A stretch of 64,000 nucleotides of DNA. Source: a virus (Duplodnaviria; Caudoviricetes). Within the stretch, counting starts at the first letter, position 1; every line of letters starts with the position of its first letter. Of the stretch, positions 9,238-19,111 are shown in pieces. The notes beneath the pieces are model-generated. The model was not told where the DNA came from and ran no database searches. It was given only the letters and a program-made list of their open reading frames with translations. A program made the position numbers and the translations under genes. The stretch is from the IMG/VR virus record IMGVR_UViG_3300026442_000101, one strand, 5' to 3'.

Positions 9238-10645
9238 GACTACCGATCTCAGGCGTTGGGCTAACCTGACCACCGTTCTTCATGTAGTCGATGTAATCAG
9301 GGTCGTTACGATCAACAAAGATCGACAACACCGATGCGCAAGTGTAGCGGAATGCGTTCATGCCCTGACCTTCCAACTCGTAAGAGCTGGTGCAGTTGAG
9401 CAGAGTGCCTTCGATGGTCCTGATGATGCCATTGAAGTCGTACATGATTTCAACAGCCATGCCGGGAGTGATCAGCTCAGGGTTGCTGCGTCGCCACGGT
9501 ACCAGCATGAGAGCACCTGCCCGCTTAGCCATTTGACTGGCCTCGTGGTACATGTTCCCTGTGATGCGCCGATCAGACGTATTCGCTACGTTCTGACCGT
9601 TACCAACCACTGCGGTAGAGAACTCACTGTTCGTCTTGCCGCGATGGGCGATCATGGTGTTGTTGGCGATATCTAGCTCTCCGTCGACGAGCTGATTAGC
9701 CATCGTGAATCGTACGGCGTTACCACCGGTGTTCAGTTGACCGAAGGAGTCGTCGAGGACTTTCGACACACCTGCCGAATAGATGATCGTTGCCCGGCCT
9801 GCCTGGCGCCACGTCTTATCGACCATGACCGAATGGCGGTTAGGGGCAAGGAGCACTTGCAGCAGACGTTTAGCGGACGCTTGGCGATAGCAGTCGTACA
9901 GAGGCCACGAGTAGATGTAGGCGCCCTGTAGATAGATGCCCAGCCCTGTCGAGTAGATGCCGCCTTGATCGTTTTGTAAGATGTCTGGGACTTCGAACAG
10001 ATCGGTGTTATCTTCGATGATGACGTGGTCACGCGGCGTCTGGTTGTTTGGCGTAGCCATGTCAAAGCCTGTAACCGCTTCATCAGCGGCTAGCTTCAAC
10101 GCACCGCATGCTCGCACCATCAACGTCTGCATGACGGCATACGGAGGACAACCTCGGCCGATATAGCCCACCCTCATTTTGCGCAGCTGCGCTGCAGCTA
10201 CTTCTTCCAAGATGAAGGTCACGTACTTGATGCTCGACCGGTCAGCTGTCTCGGTATCCGTCAATGACGGGTTATAGCCCGAGTCGCTAGGTCTTGCGAT
10301 CTCATCGCCCAGATAGGCGCAGTACGTTCTTGCCAATACCGGCTTGTCGGTGAACTCAGTGCCGTTCTCATCAGCATCGACGATCGTCAGCGTGATCTTG
10401 AGATCGTCTTGGAAGGGACCGATCCCGTTCATCAGAGTACCAGCGCCGATAGCCACCACGATAGCGGTGTTGTCAGCGATGGCCTCACGATAGTTACGCT
10501 CTGTATCTTTGCGCAGGATCTGGAGAGGAGTGATCTCCTTTCCGCCAGCATGGATAACAGCCCGCATTTGAAAGTACGGGCTGCCCGCAGCAGCGGAGAT
10601 TAGAGCTACCTCTTGCATCAGCGCAGAGGTCTCTAACTCAGCCAT
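9233..10645 (-). CDS. Conserved virion structural protein (phiKZ gp101-like, probable baseplate hub)
   Basis: 470-aa ORF; position at end of gp98-gp101-like block and matching size; hub assignment is inference. Confidence 0.55.
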   Translation of the reverse strand: MAELETSALMQEVALISAAAGSPYFQMRAVIHAGGKEITPLQILRKDTERNYREAIADNTAIVVAIGAGTLMNGIGPFQDDLKITLTIVDADENGTEFTDKPVLARTYCAYLGDEIARPSDSGYNPSLTDTETADRSSIKYVTFILEEVAAAQLRKMRVGYIGRGCPPYAVMQTLMVRACGALKLAADEAVTGFDMATPNNQTPRDHVIIEDNTDLFEVPDILQNDQGGIYSTGLGIYLQGAYIYSWPLYDCYRQASAKRLLQVLLAPNRHSVMVDKTWRQAGRATIIYSAGVSKVLDDSFGQLNTGGNAVRFTMANQLVDGELDIANNTMIAHRGKTNSEFSTAVVGNGQNVANTSDRRITGNMYHEASQMAKRAGALMLVPWRRSNPELITPGMAVEIMYDFNGIIRTIEGTLLNCTSSYELEGQGMNAFRYTCASVLSIFVDRNDPDYIDYMKNGGQVSPTPEIGSL

Positions 10646-11249
10646 TACGTTCCTCCAGGAATCGTTCGATGATATCCATACGCTGGACAGACTTAGGCAC
10701 CAGACGCTCTTTCTTCACGTCCGGCAGGTCAGCACGACTGAACTGTGCGCGGACTGGCAGGAAGCCCTGCATCTGGTTCTTGACGATGCGCTGGTCGATA
10801 TCAGGGTCAGCATCCACACCAACCGACCGGCACATCAGCGCAAACTCTGCCAGCTGACGGAAGTCATCGGCGTTAGGCGCTTCGTACATCTTGTCGGTAC
10901 GCATGGCAGCCAAGTGGGCGTCCATGTGGTTGAGGATACGCTGATAGATCTTGACCGCGGTTTCTTTACGAGGGAACCGGATGGTAGCGCCGTCGATGAA
11001 CTGGTCGCAGATGGTGATGATGTTATCGGCAGTCGCAACCATCTGGTTAGCGATCCACCGCATCTCGTTCTCACCACCTTGCTGTACCACGACCGGCATC
11101 CGCCCAAGACCGTTCTTCATCTTGAAGTGGGCGTTGTCGATCTCGTATTCGTGTAGCTCGAAACGGGCGAAGATGTAATCCGACGTGTCGTGTGCGACCT
11201 TCTTCGGACTGATCTTGAAGCCCCGAGCTTGGAGAGTTGTTGATCGCAT
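10638..11249 (-). CDS. Conserved chimallivirus protein (gp100-like)
   Basis: 203-aa ORF overlapping both neighbours; synteny. Confidence 0.55.
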   Translation of the reverse strand: MRSTTLQARGFKISPKKVAHDTSDYIFARFELHEYEIDNAHFKMKNGLGRMPVVVQQGGENEMRWIANQMVATADNIITICDQFIDGATIRFPRKETAVKIYQRILNHMDAHLAAMRTDKMYEAPNADDFRQLAEFALMCRSVGVDADPDIDQRIVKNQMQGFLPVRAQFSRADLPDVKKERLVPKSVQRMDIIERFLEERNG

Positions 11250-12604
11250 CAGAATACTCCAGGCGCCAACTTGATCAGCGTCAGAATGATTGGGATGTAG
11301 TAGAAGCGCTCGAGGTTATCGAACTTCACTGCGTAGTCGGCAATGTCTGCCAACATACCCAGATCAATTGCTTGCCCCGAGATGCGTTGACGCGTCAGAC
11401 GTTCGAGATGACTCTGGCCAGGCAGGTCCTCGTAGAAATCTTTACTGAACACGTAGTAATCATCCACCACGATTCGTTTGATGTACTGGCCGTATTCGGG
11501 CGCTGGTTCATCACCGACCAGGTCCAGCTGTGGCAGCAGAGACCGGATGTCGTCTTGGCGAACATCGGCCTTGACGAACGAATCGATTGCGTGAGGAGGC
11601 TCGTAGTTGTTATTCGCACTCCACGTCGGATCGACGGCCGACACTACCAGCTGGACACCGCTGTAGTAGATCGAGGCGAAGTGAGCTCTGGCTTTGTAAG
11701 CACCAATGGGACTGAACCCAAACTTCTGAGAACAGCTATAAAGCAGGTCGATGTCCTTACGAGCAAGTACATCGAATAGCGACCATTGGTTAGAATATAC
11801 ATCGCCTCCTACGCCCAATTCCGTGATCCACGGAACGTGAGGATGGTCGATGGTTTCGAGGGTCGCCTTCATGTACTTGGTGACGTTAGGGTCGTACACC
11901 AGCCTGGTCGGGTGCGGTACAACGAACGTCTGACGAGCGTCGTCGAAGTGATCCTTGAAGTACATCGCGATCAAACGCTTACGGGCCTTGTTAAGGCGCC
12001 GCAGTACCGAGACTTCTTCTTCACGCAGCAGCGCCTTCACGCCATTGCGGAAGTTCTCGCGCAGGAATACGTAGGTATAGCTGACGCGCTTGGTGTTGAT
12101 CTTTTCAGCGAATGCCGCGTCGACCCAATGCAAACCGCGGAACGAGATCGTGGTGTTGGCTTCAGGGTAGATCGAACCACGCTTGGGTTCGTTCACCTGG
12201 AACATTACGCGACGACCGTTACCTACGTCGGCAATGAACATGTCGCCGTTCTCAGGCGTGACGATGCTGTAAACCGCCGCACCGCCGGTCAGGGCGAAGC
12301 CGCCAGTATCGCTGGTGTTCTGATCCTGACTCATGTCGTCAGTGATGATCAGCTCAAAGCCTTTGATCAGCTCGTACTGACCGTAAGCAGCTGGCAGGTC
12401 ATCTTGATACGAAGCAGGCGCCGAATCGCGGCGTTGGATCTGCTTGTAATAGTCGACCGTCATCTTCTTACCGGCTGCGAAGCCTGCAAGCGATTCGTGA
12501 CCTTGGTTCCTGGTCTCGGCGACTGGGGTTACGTATGGAACTTCACTGATGATGAGGTTAGGCTTCTCGGCCGGTACTTCATCCTCTTCTTCTACGAATG
12601 GCAT
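11249..12604 (-). CDS. Conserved virion structural protein (gp99-like)
   Basis: 451-aa ORF, GGAG RBS; synteny and size. Confidence 0.6.
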   Translation of the reverse strand: MPFVEEEDEVPAEKPNLIISEVPYVTPVAETRNQGHESLAGFAAGKKMTVDYYKQIQRRDSAPASYQDDLPAAYGQYELIKGFELIITDDMSQDQNTSDTGGFALTGGAAVYSIVTPENGDMFIADVGNGRRVMFQVNEPKRGSIYPEANTTISFRGLHWVDAAFAEKINTKRVSYTYVFLRENFRNGVKALLREEEVSVLRRLNKARKRLIAMYFKDHFDDARQTFVVPHPTRLVYDPNVTKYMKATLETIDHPHVPWITELGVGGDVYSNQWSLFDVLARKDIDLLYSCSQKFGFSPIGAYKARAHFASIYYSGVQLVVSAVDPTWSANNNYEPPHAIDSFVKADVRQDDIRSLLPQLDLVGDEPAPEYGQYIKRIVVDDYYVFSKDFYEDLPGQSHLERLTRQRISGQAIDLGMLADIADYAVKFDNLERFYYIPIILTLIKLAPGVF

Positions 12605-12644
12605 CGAATCTCTCCTGAGCCAGGTTCATGTTCATACCAAAGTC

Positions 12645-12685
12645 AAAAAAAAGACGGCATAGGGGAGAGGCATTTGCCTCTCCCC
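12645..12685 (-). terminator. Intrinsic terminator
   Basis: Stem GGGGAGAGGCA/TGCCTCTCCCC (12662-12685), then TATGCCG and T8 on minus strand. Confidence 0.8.
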
Positions 12686-12691
12686 ATTATA

Positions 12692-12970
12692 TCACTTCAG
12701 CTGACGAGTACGGCGATAGTCAATCGCCAGAGCGAGCAGGGTGATCAGACCCACAAGCCACACGTACCCTTTCGGGAACAACAATGAAATCAGGCTGACT
12801 ATGGTGATGAATCCCATGGCGACCAGCATGCCGATCGCATATCGCTCATCCCACTCCGCCTGCTCTTTATCCATCCTGATACCGATTAGGTATAGATAGA
12901 TCCCGCCGAATACGACTATTGCAATGATAGTGATCGCAACGTCGAGGTACGTGAATATCTCACGAGTCAT
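12692..12970 (-). CDS. Small membrane protein (three hydrophobic segments)
   Basis: 92 aa: VAITIIAIVVFGGIYLYLIGI, YAIGMLVAMGFITIVSLISLLF, YVWLVGLITLLALAI; basic C-end; GGAG RBS. Confidence 0.7.
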   Translation of the reverse strand: MTREIFTYLDVAITIIAIVVFGGIYLYLIGIRMDKEQAEWDERYAIGMLVAMGFITIVSLISLLFPKGYVWLVGLITLLALAIDYRRTRQLK

Positions 12971-13005
12971 GGTCCGCTCCTTTTCGGTATGTTCATGACG
13001 CGTGG

Positions 13006-13031
13006 ATTATGTATGGCTTTAAATACTTTAC
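13006..13031 (-). promoter_or_regulatory. Putative promoter (GTAAA-N14-ACATAAT) for membrane-protein gene
   Basis: Variant of the bipartite motif at 43107, 48095 and 58736. Confidence 0.4.
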
Positions 13032-14746
13032 TTCCTCAGGGCGATGATGCCGAGGTACTGCACGTATTTATTGCCATTCATTCCTTCACGCGACCAGTGG
13101 TCACCAGGACCCCAGTTACCACCTCCAGAACCTCCAGAACCGTCCCCGCCGCCGACGCTCCCTCCAGGCCCACCTGAACCACCATCGCCTTTATTCCCTC
13201 CCCCTGGCAGAGCCCCTGCCTCACCGCCTCCGGTGTTGATAGGACCGCCTGGTCCAGAATCACCACCGTTATCGAAACCAATTCCCTTATCCTGTAAATA
13301 CTTGTAGAACCACTTGATGTACGACTTTGGCAGATACTTGCCATCAAGCAGAATTCCCATCGCGTATTCAACGTCAAGCGCTGGTACGATCGTCTGGAAT
13401 ACTGACAAGGTGGACTTCGGGTCTACCTGCATACTACGAATGGCAGCATCGGAGAACAAAGAGTAATAGGTAGGGAAGGATAGCCGCAGATGGTACTGTC
13501 TGCGTAGGTCCAACGGTCTGGTCGCTCTGACGTTCAGATGCTCATCGATCGTCAGCATTTCCTCACTCATCGGCGTATCGTCAGCGAACAACGTGAAGAG
13601 CATGGTCGAGCCGCCCTTACGGTGCAGATGTGCGTGCATCTTACGCATGTACGCATCTACTTCAACCGTGAACCTTACCTTGGGGATCTGCGTCAGGTTG
13701 ATCAGTTCCTGAGAATCCTTAGGGTCCAGTTGCAGCATCCACGTCATCGCAGGCACCGTGTACATCGGCTGACGCCGCTTACCCGGGATCCATTCGTCGT
13801 ACGACGGGAAACGCACACCGTCTGCTGGCGGTGGACTGAAGTTGTAGTTACCGCGAATGATGTCGAGCGCAGTGATACCGATCGGACCATTCTTGGAAAG
13901 CTCATCGAGACTGTAGCGCTCACGCTTGTCGAGGAGTTTGGCAGAGATCATCTTCTGGTGAACCTGCATCGGGAATACGAAGTACAGGTGAGTCGCCCTG
14001 TGGTACATGACCTTGTAGGTAAACTCGATACGCCAGACGCTGTTCCCGTCGACCTTCTCTTCAACCGGGATGTCGCTGAAGTCAAACCACCCCTGCACGT
14101 TGACTTGTTTCTCAGGGATGACGATGGTGCTCTTCTCGATTACGTGATCGAGAGTACCTACCGTGCCGAACGGACGGCGCTGCATCCCTTTGAAGTAAGT
14201 CAGGAAGTCTTCACCGTAACCGGCAGTCCTCTCACGCAGCTCATGTAGATGCGCAAGGATACGCACCACGCCATCTTGCATCGGGATGTCGTAGTTGACC
14301 TCATGCTCAAGCGACGTACGGTTCTCGGCCCGACGTGCTGCAAACTCATCCCGCCACTGAGTAACCTCAACACGAGAGGGCGCAGTGTAGGTGAAGTTCA
14401 TGGTGATATCAGACGGGATGTAAACTGGGCGAATGGAAATACCCAATTTAGGATCCACCAGCATGGGCGGCATCTCGTTCTGACGGATGATGGCATTGAT
14501 CACCGATTCGTTACGGATACGGTCGGTGACTGTCACCTTAACCTTACGGTAACTCTCGAGCTGAACGTCATCACCTTGATCGGTTCTGTTGGCGGCTTGT
14601 CCGATCTGCTCGAACTCACCAGGCATGAACACGTCAGTGGTTTCAGGAATATCCACCACCTTCATCACATCCCGAGCAATCTTCATCGCTACAGGGCGGC
14701 TGATGTTCTCGTAGTTCGATGCCAGTTTCACAGTGATTCTTGGCAT
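13028..14746 (-). CDS. Conserved virion structural protein (gp98-like) with Gly-rich C-terminal insert
   Basis: 572-aa ORF right after gp93-97-like paralogues; GGDSGPGG...GGSGGSGGGNW segment. Confidence 0.6.
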   Translation of the reverse strand: MPRITVKLASNYENISRPVAMKIARDVMKVVDIPETTDVFMPGEFEQIGQAANRTDQGDDVQLESYRKVKVTVTDRIRNESVINAIIRQNEMPPMLVDPKLGISIRPVYIPSDITMNFTYTAPSRVEVTQWRDEFAARRAENRTSLEHEVNYDIPMQDGVVRILAHLHELRERTAGYGEDFLTYFKGMQRRPFGTVGTLDHVIEKSTIVIPEKQVNVQGWFDFSDIPVEEKVDGNSVWRIEFTYKVMYHRATHLYFVFPMQVHQKMISAKLLDKRERYSLDELSKNGPIGITALDIIRGNYNFSPPPADGVRFPSYDEWIPGKRRQPMYTVPAMTWMLQLDPKDSQELINLTQIPKVRFTVEVDAYMRKMHAHLHRKGGSTMLFTLFADDTPMSEEMLTIDEHLNVRATRPLDLRRQYHLRLSFPTYYSLFSDAAIRSMQVDPKSTLSVFQTIVPALDVEYAMGILLDGKYLPKSYIKWFYKYLQDKGIGFDNGGDSGPGGPINTGGGEAGALPGGGNKGDGGSGGPGGSVGGGDGSGGSGGGNWGPGDHWSREGMNGNKYVQYLGIIALRK

Positions 14747-14765
14747 GCTGGTTCCTACCTAATGG

Positions 14766-14799
14766 CGGCATACACGGAGAGGGGAAACACCCCTCTCCG
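14766..14799 (-). promoter_or_regulatory. Hairpin followed by TATGCCG (terminator and/or late promoter)
   Basis: Stem CGGAGAGGGG/CCCCTCTCCG (14775-14799); TATGCCG on minus strand 20 nt before the next ATG; phiKZ late promoters are marked by TATG. Confidence 0.55.
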
Positions 14800-14813
14800 C
14801 GCACCCGAGGTTA

Positions 14814-16109
14814 TCAGTCCTGGAAGACCGACTCTTCGACGTAGGTCAGCACCGAGTCGATACGGTCGACCAGGTCGCTCTGGTAGCGATTGAGGCGATC
14901 GCACACGCGGCCGAGTTCAGCCACCATGTCGTTCTCGATACGCAGCAAGTCGAGGTAGTTGACGTTGTGCGGCAGATCCACACCGTCGTCCTTGTCGTCT
15001 TCAGCAGACTTGTTCAGCTGCTGGATGACGCTACGCACCGACTTGAAGGTGGAGGTGGTCGAATCGGTGATGCGCTCCAAGGCCTTGACCTGGTCGGTAA
15101 CGATACCTTCCAGTTGAGCCAGGATCACACCGATCTGATCATTGGTCAGCGATGCTGGCGCATCGAGATGCTTGATGAGCATACCGGCGTCAGTAGCCGT
15201 GGACGACAACACCGCTTGCAGGATCACGTTGTAACGGTTTTCCTGAATAGCGTAGACCTGGTTACCCAGCCAGTTCTTCGGCTGGCCATCGAGGATCTTC
15301 TTGAGATCCCGCAGCAGGTCTTCGGTTGGGATGTTGATCAACACGTTCTGAGTGGTGTTGCTGCTCAAGGCGTCGAAGATTCGAGTCTTGATGATCTCAG
15401 CCAACCGGTGGTGATATTGCTCAACCACCTTGGTGATCGCAAGGTTGGTCTCGGCGAACTCCTTCAAGTCCGCACCCGGGTTCTTGCTGTAGCCGTCACC
15501 CAGGATCAGGTGCTTGAGCACACCGGAGTTCAGCTTGAGCGGTTTACCACCGGTACCCTTACGCTTGGCGATGATGCCGCGCACACGCATGCTGCGCTTG
15601 ACCAGGCCCTTGGAGCTGTCGTTCAGACGAGAGAAGGACAGAGCCATACGCTCGACGAACGAACCCATGGCAGAACCAAAGGACTTGACTGCACCTTTGA
15701 ACCAGTCGCCAAAGGATTCCATCGACGCTTCGGTTACCGATCCATCAGGACCAGTCTCCAGACGCGGCAGATCGGTCTCCAGGATCTTCTCGGCGTCAGC
15801 AATGGTAACGTTGGCGATTTCAGCGAAAGCTTCAGCAGCGTGAGCTGGGACGTCCTCAGCGGCATTCACGGCTGCGGCCACGTTGTGTACCACCGCAGTG
15901 GCTGTATCGAGGTCGCGTTGGTCTTCACCCAACTCATGAACTTCGTCCAGAGCATCGGAGAGCTCAGCACGTTCTTCTTGGGTCTGGATGATCAGTTCGT
16001 CGGTGACTTCGTCGGCCCGGACTTCTGGTTCGGGAGTTTCGACGATAGCCGATTCAAAGCTTGGGGCGCCTCGGAAGGCGTTCCGCAGGGAATTGGAAAA
16101 GATGGACAT
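14814..16109 (-). CDS. Internal head protein, gp93-97-like paralogue
   Basis: PSFE and ASME sites; helix SFGDWFKGAVKSFGSAMGSF. Confidence 0.75.
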   Translation of the reverse strand: MSIFSNSLRNAFRGAPSFESAIVETPEPEVRADEVTDELIIQTQEERAELSDALDEVHELGEDQRDLDTATAVVHNVAAAVNAAEDVPAHAAEAFAEIANVTIADAEKILETDLPRLETGPDGSVTEASMESFGDWFKGAVKSFGSAMGSFVERMALSFSRLNDSSKGLVKRSMRVRGIIAKRKGTGGKPLKLNSGVLKHLILGDGYSKNPGADLKEFAETNLAITKVVEQYHHRLAEIIKTRIFDALSSNTTQNVLINIPTEDLLRDLKKILDGQPKNWLGNQVYAIQENRYNVILQAVLSSTATDAGMLIKHLDAPASLTNDQIGVILAQLEGIVTDQVKALERITDSTTSTFKSVRSVIQQLNKSAEDDKDDGVDLPHNVNYLDLLRIENDMVAELGRVCDRLNRYQSDLVDRIDSVLTYVEESVFQD

Positions 16110-16158
16110 GGAAGTACCTTTAGTCGAGGCGGCTTGGTAGGCTAAGCTATATTATCAA

Positions 16159-16191
16159 CGGCATATAGCGGGGGATCGCTCCCCCGCTATA
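16159..16191 (-). promoter_or_regulatory. Hairpin followed by TATGCCG (terminator and/or late promoter)
   Basis: 12-bp stem TATAGCGGGGGA/TCCCCCGCTATA (16164-16191) abutting CGGCATA at 16159. Confidence 0.55.
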
Positions 16192-16211
16192 CTTACGGCG
16201 CTACAGATCGA

Positions 16212-17609
16212 TTACTCGGTCTTGGCGGCGTCGTCTTCTTTCTTCGCAGCTGCGTCATCTTTCTTGTCAGCAGCGCCGGCGTCAGCAGCCGGAGCCTTGC
16301 CGCCGTACTTGCCGGCCGAAGCGGCAGCAGCGCGGTAGGCTTCTTTGGACAGCTTGCCCAGGTACGACACGTAGGTCGGGATGATGCCTTTGTTGGCGCT
16401 GATGGCGGACTTGGCCATTTTCAGCAGCTGACGAGCGGCAGCATCGTCGTCCTTGGTCTCGGACTTGTTCAGGCCGACTTTGTCCTTGATGGCACGACCA
16501 GCACCGCCGACAACTTTCGAAGCGGCGTTGATCAGCGCTTCGTTGGCAGCGATGACAGCGTCACCGTCCTTACGAGCGGTTTCCATCAGGGTGCCGACTT
16601 TGACCAGCGAGTCGCCAACGGCGCCAATTTCGGCAGGCGAGAGGATCGGGCTCTTTTCAGGAGCTTCTTTCTTCTCGGGGTTCTTGATGCCGAAGGTAGC
16701 ACCGGACAGCTTGTCGAAGTTCTCGCCTTGACCAGGCTTGAACACGGCGCTGTAGCCGCCTGGCAGGGCGATGGTCTGCTCGGCCAGGGCCGAGGTATTG
16801 ACGGCTGCACCAGCAGCTTTCAGCGAAGCGCCGGAGACGCTGCCTTTGCTCAGCTCGGAGATCAGAGGACGCAGGGAATCACGGATACCCTTGGTCACTT
16901 TCAGCACGCCGCTGGTGTAGACGCCGTGAGCGTCGTCCAGGGCTTTCTTCGGATCGACCTTGCCGCCAACGACGACCATGCCGAAACCGCCGGAGCTGAT
17001 TTCTTTGACCTTGGCTTCACCTTTCAGGCCCGAAGCTACGCGCTTCAGTTTGACGCCCGACGCCTTGATGGCGCTGGCCGATTTGCCCATGGTGGTGAAG
17101 AACTCTTTGATCGCAGTGGCGACTGCCGAGGCAGCGGCGCGCAGCATGGCGACCAGACGAGCCAGAACGCCCTGGCCTTTCTCTTCAGCTTCGGTGGTGT
17201 AGTCTTCGAGCTGGTTGCTCTCGAAGGACTCGTGCATGGAGACCACGTCGCCTTGGAAGATGGCGGTAGGGATACCACGAGCTTCCAGCGAGCCAGCGAT
17301 GCCCTGGGCCAGGAACTTGGCAGCCAGGCTGTTCAGCGGGATGCCGGCGGCAGCCAGCGCGTCGATCTGGCCGCAGTAGGCTTCCAGGGATTCAACGGCT
17401 TCGACGACTTTCTCGGCGGCGTTGTCCTGGTTCTCCAGCTTCTCGACGTCGTCAGCCAGTTCGGCGACCGCTTCTTCGAGGTCAGACTGGGTCTCGTCGG
17501 TGATGACGGTGATTTCTTCTTCACCGGCCGGCAGGATCACTTCCTCCGGATCGATCTGGCCAGATTCCACGCCGTATTGACGCAGCGCATCATTGAGGGA
17601 AAAATTCAT
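16212..17609 (-). CDS. Major internal head protein (phiKZ gp93-like)
   Basis: Start reset to ATG 17609 (AGGAG RBS); ESLE, GSLE, ESFE, YTTE-AEEK sites; follows gp89/90/92-like genes. Confidence 0.8.
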   Translation of the reverse strand: MNFSLNDALRQYGVESGQIDPEEVILPAGEEEITVITDETQSDLEEAVAELADDVEKLENQDNAAEKVVEAVESLEAYCGQIDALAAAGIPLNSLAAKFLAQGIAGSLEARGIPTAIFQGDVVSMHESFESNQLEDYTTEAEEKGQGVLARLVAMLRAAASAVATAIKEFFTTMGKSASAIKASGVKLKRVASGLKGEAKVKEISSGGFGMVVVGGKVDPKKALDDAHGVYTSGVLKVTKGIRDSLRPLISELSKGSVSGASLKAAGAAVNTSALAEQTIALPGGYSAVFKPGQGENFDKLSGATFGIKNPEKKEAPEKSPILSPAEIGAVGDSLVKVGTLMETARKDGDAVIAANEALINAASKVVGGAGRAIKDKVGLNKSETKDDDAAARQLLKMAKSAISANKGIIPTYVSYLGKLSKEAYRAAAASAGKYGGKAPAADAGAADKKDDAAAKKEDDAAKTE

Positions 17610-17670
17610 GTGTAAAGCTCCTGAGGAGATTGATTGCGTCGGTGCGCACCGACGGCGTATACGCACATCA

Positions 17671-18183
17671 TTACATCACGGCAGCAATGGTGCGGTCGCC
17701 TACATATAACTGGAGGGTAGAGGACAAATCGTCCACTCCAAGGCGGGTCACCCAAAGCTGAATGAGGTGTTCTGGAACCATGGCGGCCAGGAATTCCACT
17801 GCCTCACGCTCCTCGGGAGAGAACGTCGGCAGGCGGGTGGCTACCACAGTATCATGTTTCAAGAGCAGCGCCCGGTCCTGGAAGCACACACGACGACGCG
17901 TGATACGCTTGGTCAGAAAGAGCGCAGTCTCGGCGATGAACGCCTGGACGGAAGTGCCCAGACGTACAGTGGGGCTAAGCGCAGCCGCGAAGAAGCCGCT
18001 GGTAGCGGCCCATTCACGCTGCATGATTGCAAGCTGATCGAGCTCGACTTTGAAGTCGGGTCGGTTCTGCTCACAACGGCGACGATAGATCTCGCTGATC
18101 TCAGGCGCCTCATAGACAGCTTCGGCTGAGACCGCAATAGCCATCAGCGCCGGAAAGCCGCGATGGGTATATACGATGTTCAT
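17671..18183 (-). CDS. Virion protein (gp92-like)
   Basis: 170-aa ORF coupled (ATGA overlap) to the gp90-like gene; synteny. Confidence 0.55.
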   Translation of the reverse strand: MNIVYTHRGFPALMAIAVSAEAVYEAPEISEIYRRRCEQNRPDFKVELDQLAIMQREWAATSGFFAAALSPTVRLGTSVQAFIAETALFLTKRITRRRVCFQDRALLLKHDTVVATRLPTFSPEEREAVEFLAAMVPEHLIQLWVTRLGVDDLSSTLQLYVGDRTIAAVM

Positions 18184-19085
18184 TTCACCCTTGCCTCCAT
18201 CTCGGTGATCGAAGCACGGAGCAGGGTGAGCTCACGGGTGTAGCCATCGATGATGGCCTCAGCCTGAGCGTCCTGCATGCCATTACGCTTATTGCGCAGG
18301 CACTCCAGACGCATCTCGACATCCTGCCGCTCTTTCTTGGCGCATTCGTAGCGATCGACTTCCCAGTCGACCCTACGGATACCGACCCAGTGGAAGATGC
18401 CGGAGACGATCGGGATAGCGTTCAGGTGCAGCGGGTCAGCTGCCGCACCGCCGGCCAGTGCCGGCACTTCGCTAAGCGCCGCTTCGCTCATGGTCACTTC
18501 AGGGATTTTCTCGATATCACTGAGGATCTTCTTTGGATCCGCATTGAGTAGGTCGAGCACCCGGATGTAGGAGCCGCGGTTCTGAGTCAGGTAGCGCAAG
18601 ACAGCAGGGGTGTAGGGATTGCCGTCAGGTCGCGAGAACGCTTCGATGTTCGTCTCAGACGCTACCAGGTAGGACAAGTGCCGGCTGGTGTAGTCAGCGA
18701 AGAAATCGAGGATCTCGATCAAACGAATGACCGACGCTTTCTGATACGTCAGGCCTTCGATATGGATCTGATCGCCCACGTTCTTGCCGATGTACTGCTC
18801 GATCAAGTCGAGCAACTTACCAGCGTTGGTGATGGCGATCATCGACACCTTGCTGTAACCCAAGGGATCGTTGCGCAGACGGCCAGGCAGCAGTGGCAGG
18901 AGCTCCTTCATGAACTCTTTGCCGTAAGCCGACTTGTAGGTCCGCTCGCCGATGGTTTCAGCAACCAGCTCGAGAGCGGGACGGATGATGTCGTTCAGCT
19001 TCTTGCTGATGGTTCGGATCTTGCTCACGACGTCTTTCTTCCCGAAGGTCGGGAGGAGGTCGCGCAGGAAAGTTGCGATGCTCAT
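18180..19085 (-). CDS. Head/inner-body protein (phiKZ gp90-like)
   Basis: 301 aa with C-terminal coiled coil; synteny and size. Confidence 0.65.
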   Translation of the reverse strand: MSIATFLRDLLPTFGKKDVVSKIRTISKKLNDIIRPALELVAETIGERTYKSAYGKEFMKELLPLLPGRLRNDPLGYSKVSMIAITNAGKLLDLIEQYIGKNVGDQIHIEGLTYQKASVIRLIEILDFFADYTSRHLSYLVASETNIEAFSRPDGNPYTPAVLRYLTQNRGSYIRVLDLLNADPKKILSDIEKIPEVTMSEAALSEVPALAGGAAADPLHLNAIPIVSGIFHWVGIRRVDWEVDRYECAKKERQDVEMRLECLRNKRNGMQDAQAEAIIDGYTRELTLLRASITEMEARVK

Positions 19086-19111
19086 GGGGTGTCCACTCTC
19101 GTGACTGGTGA

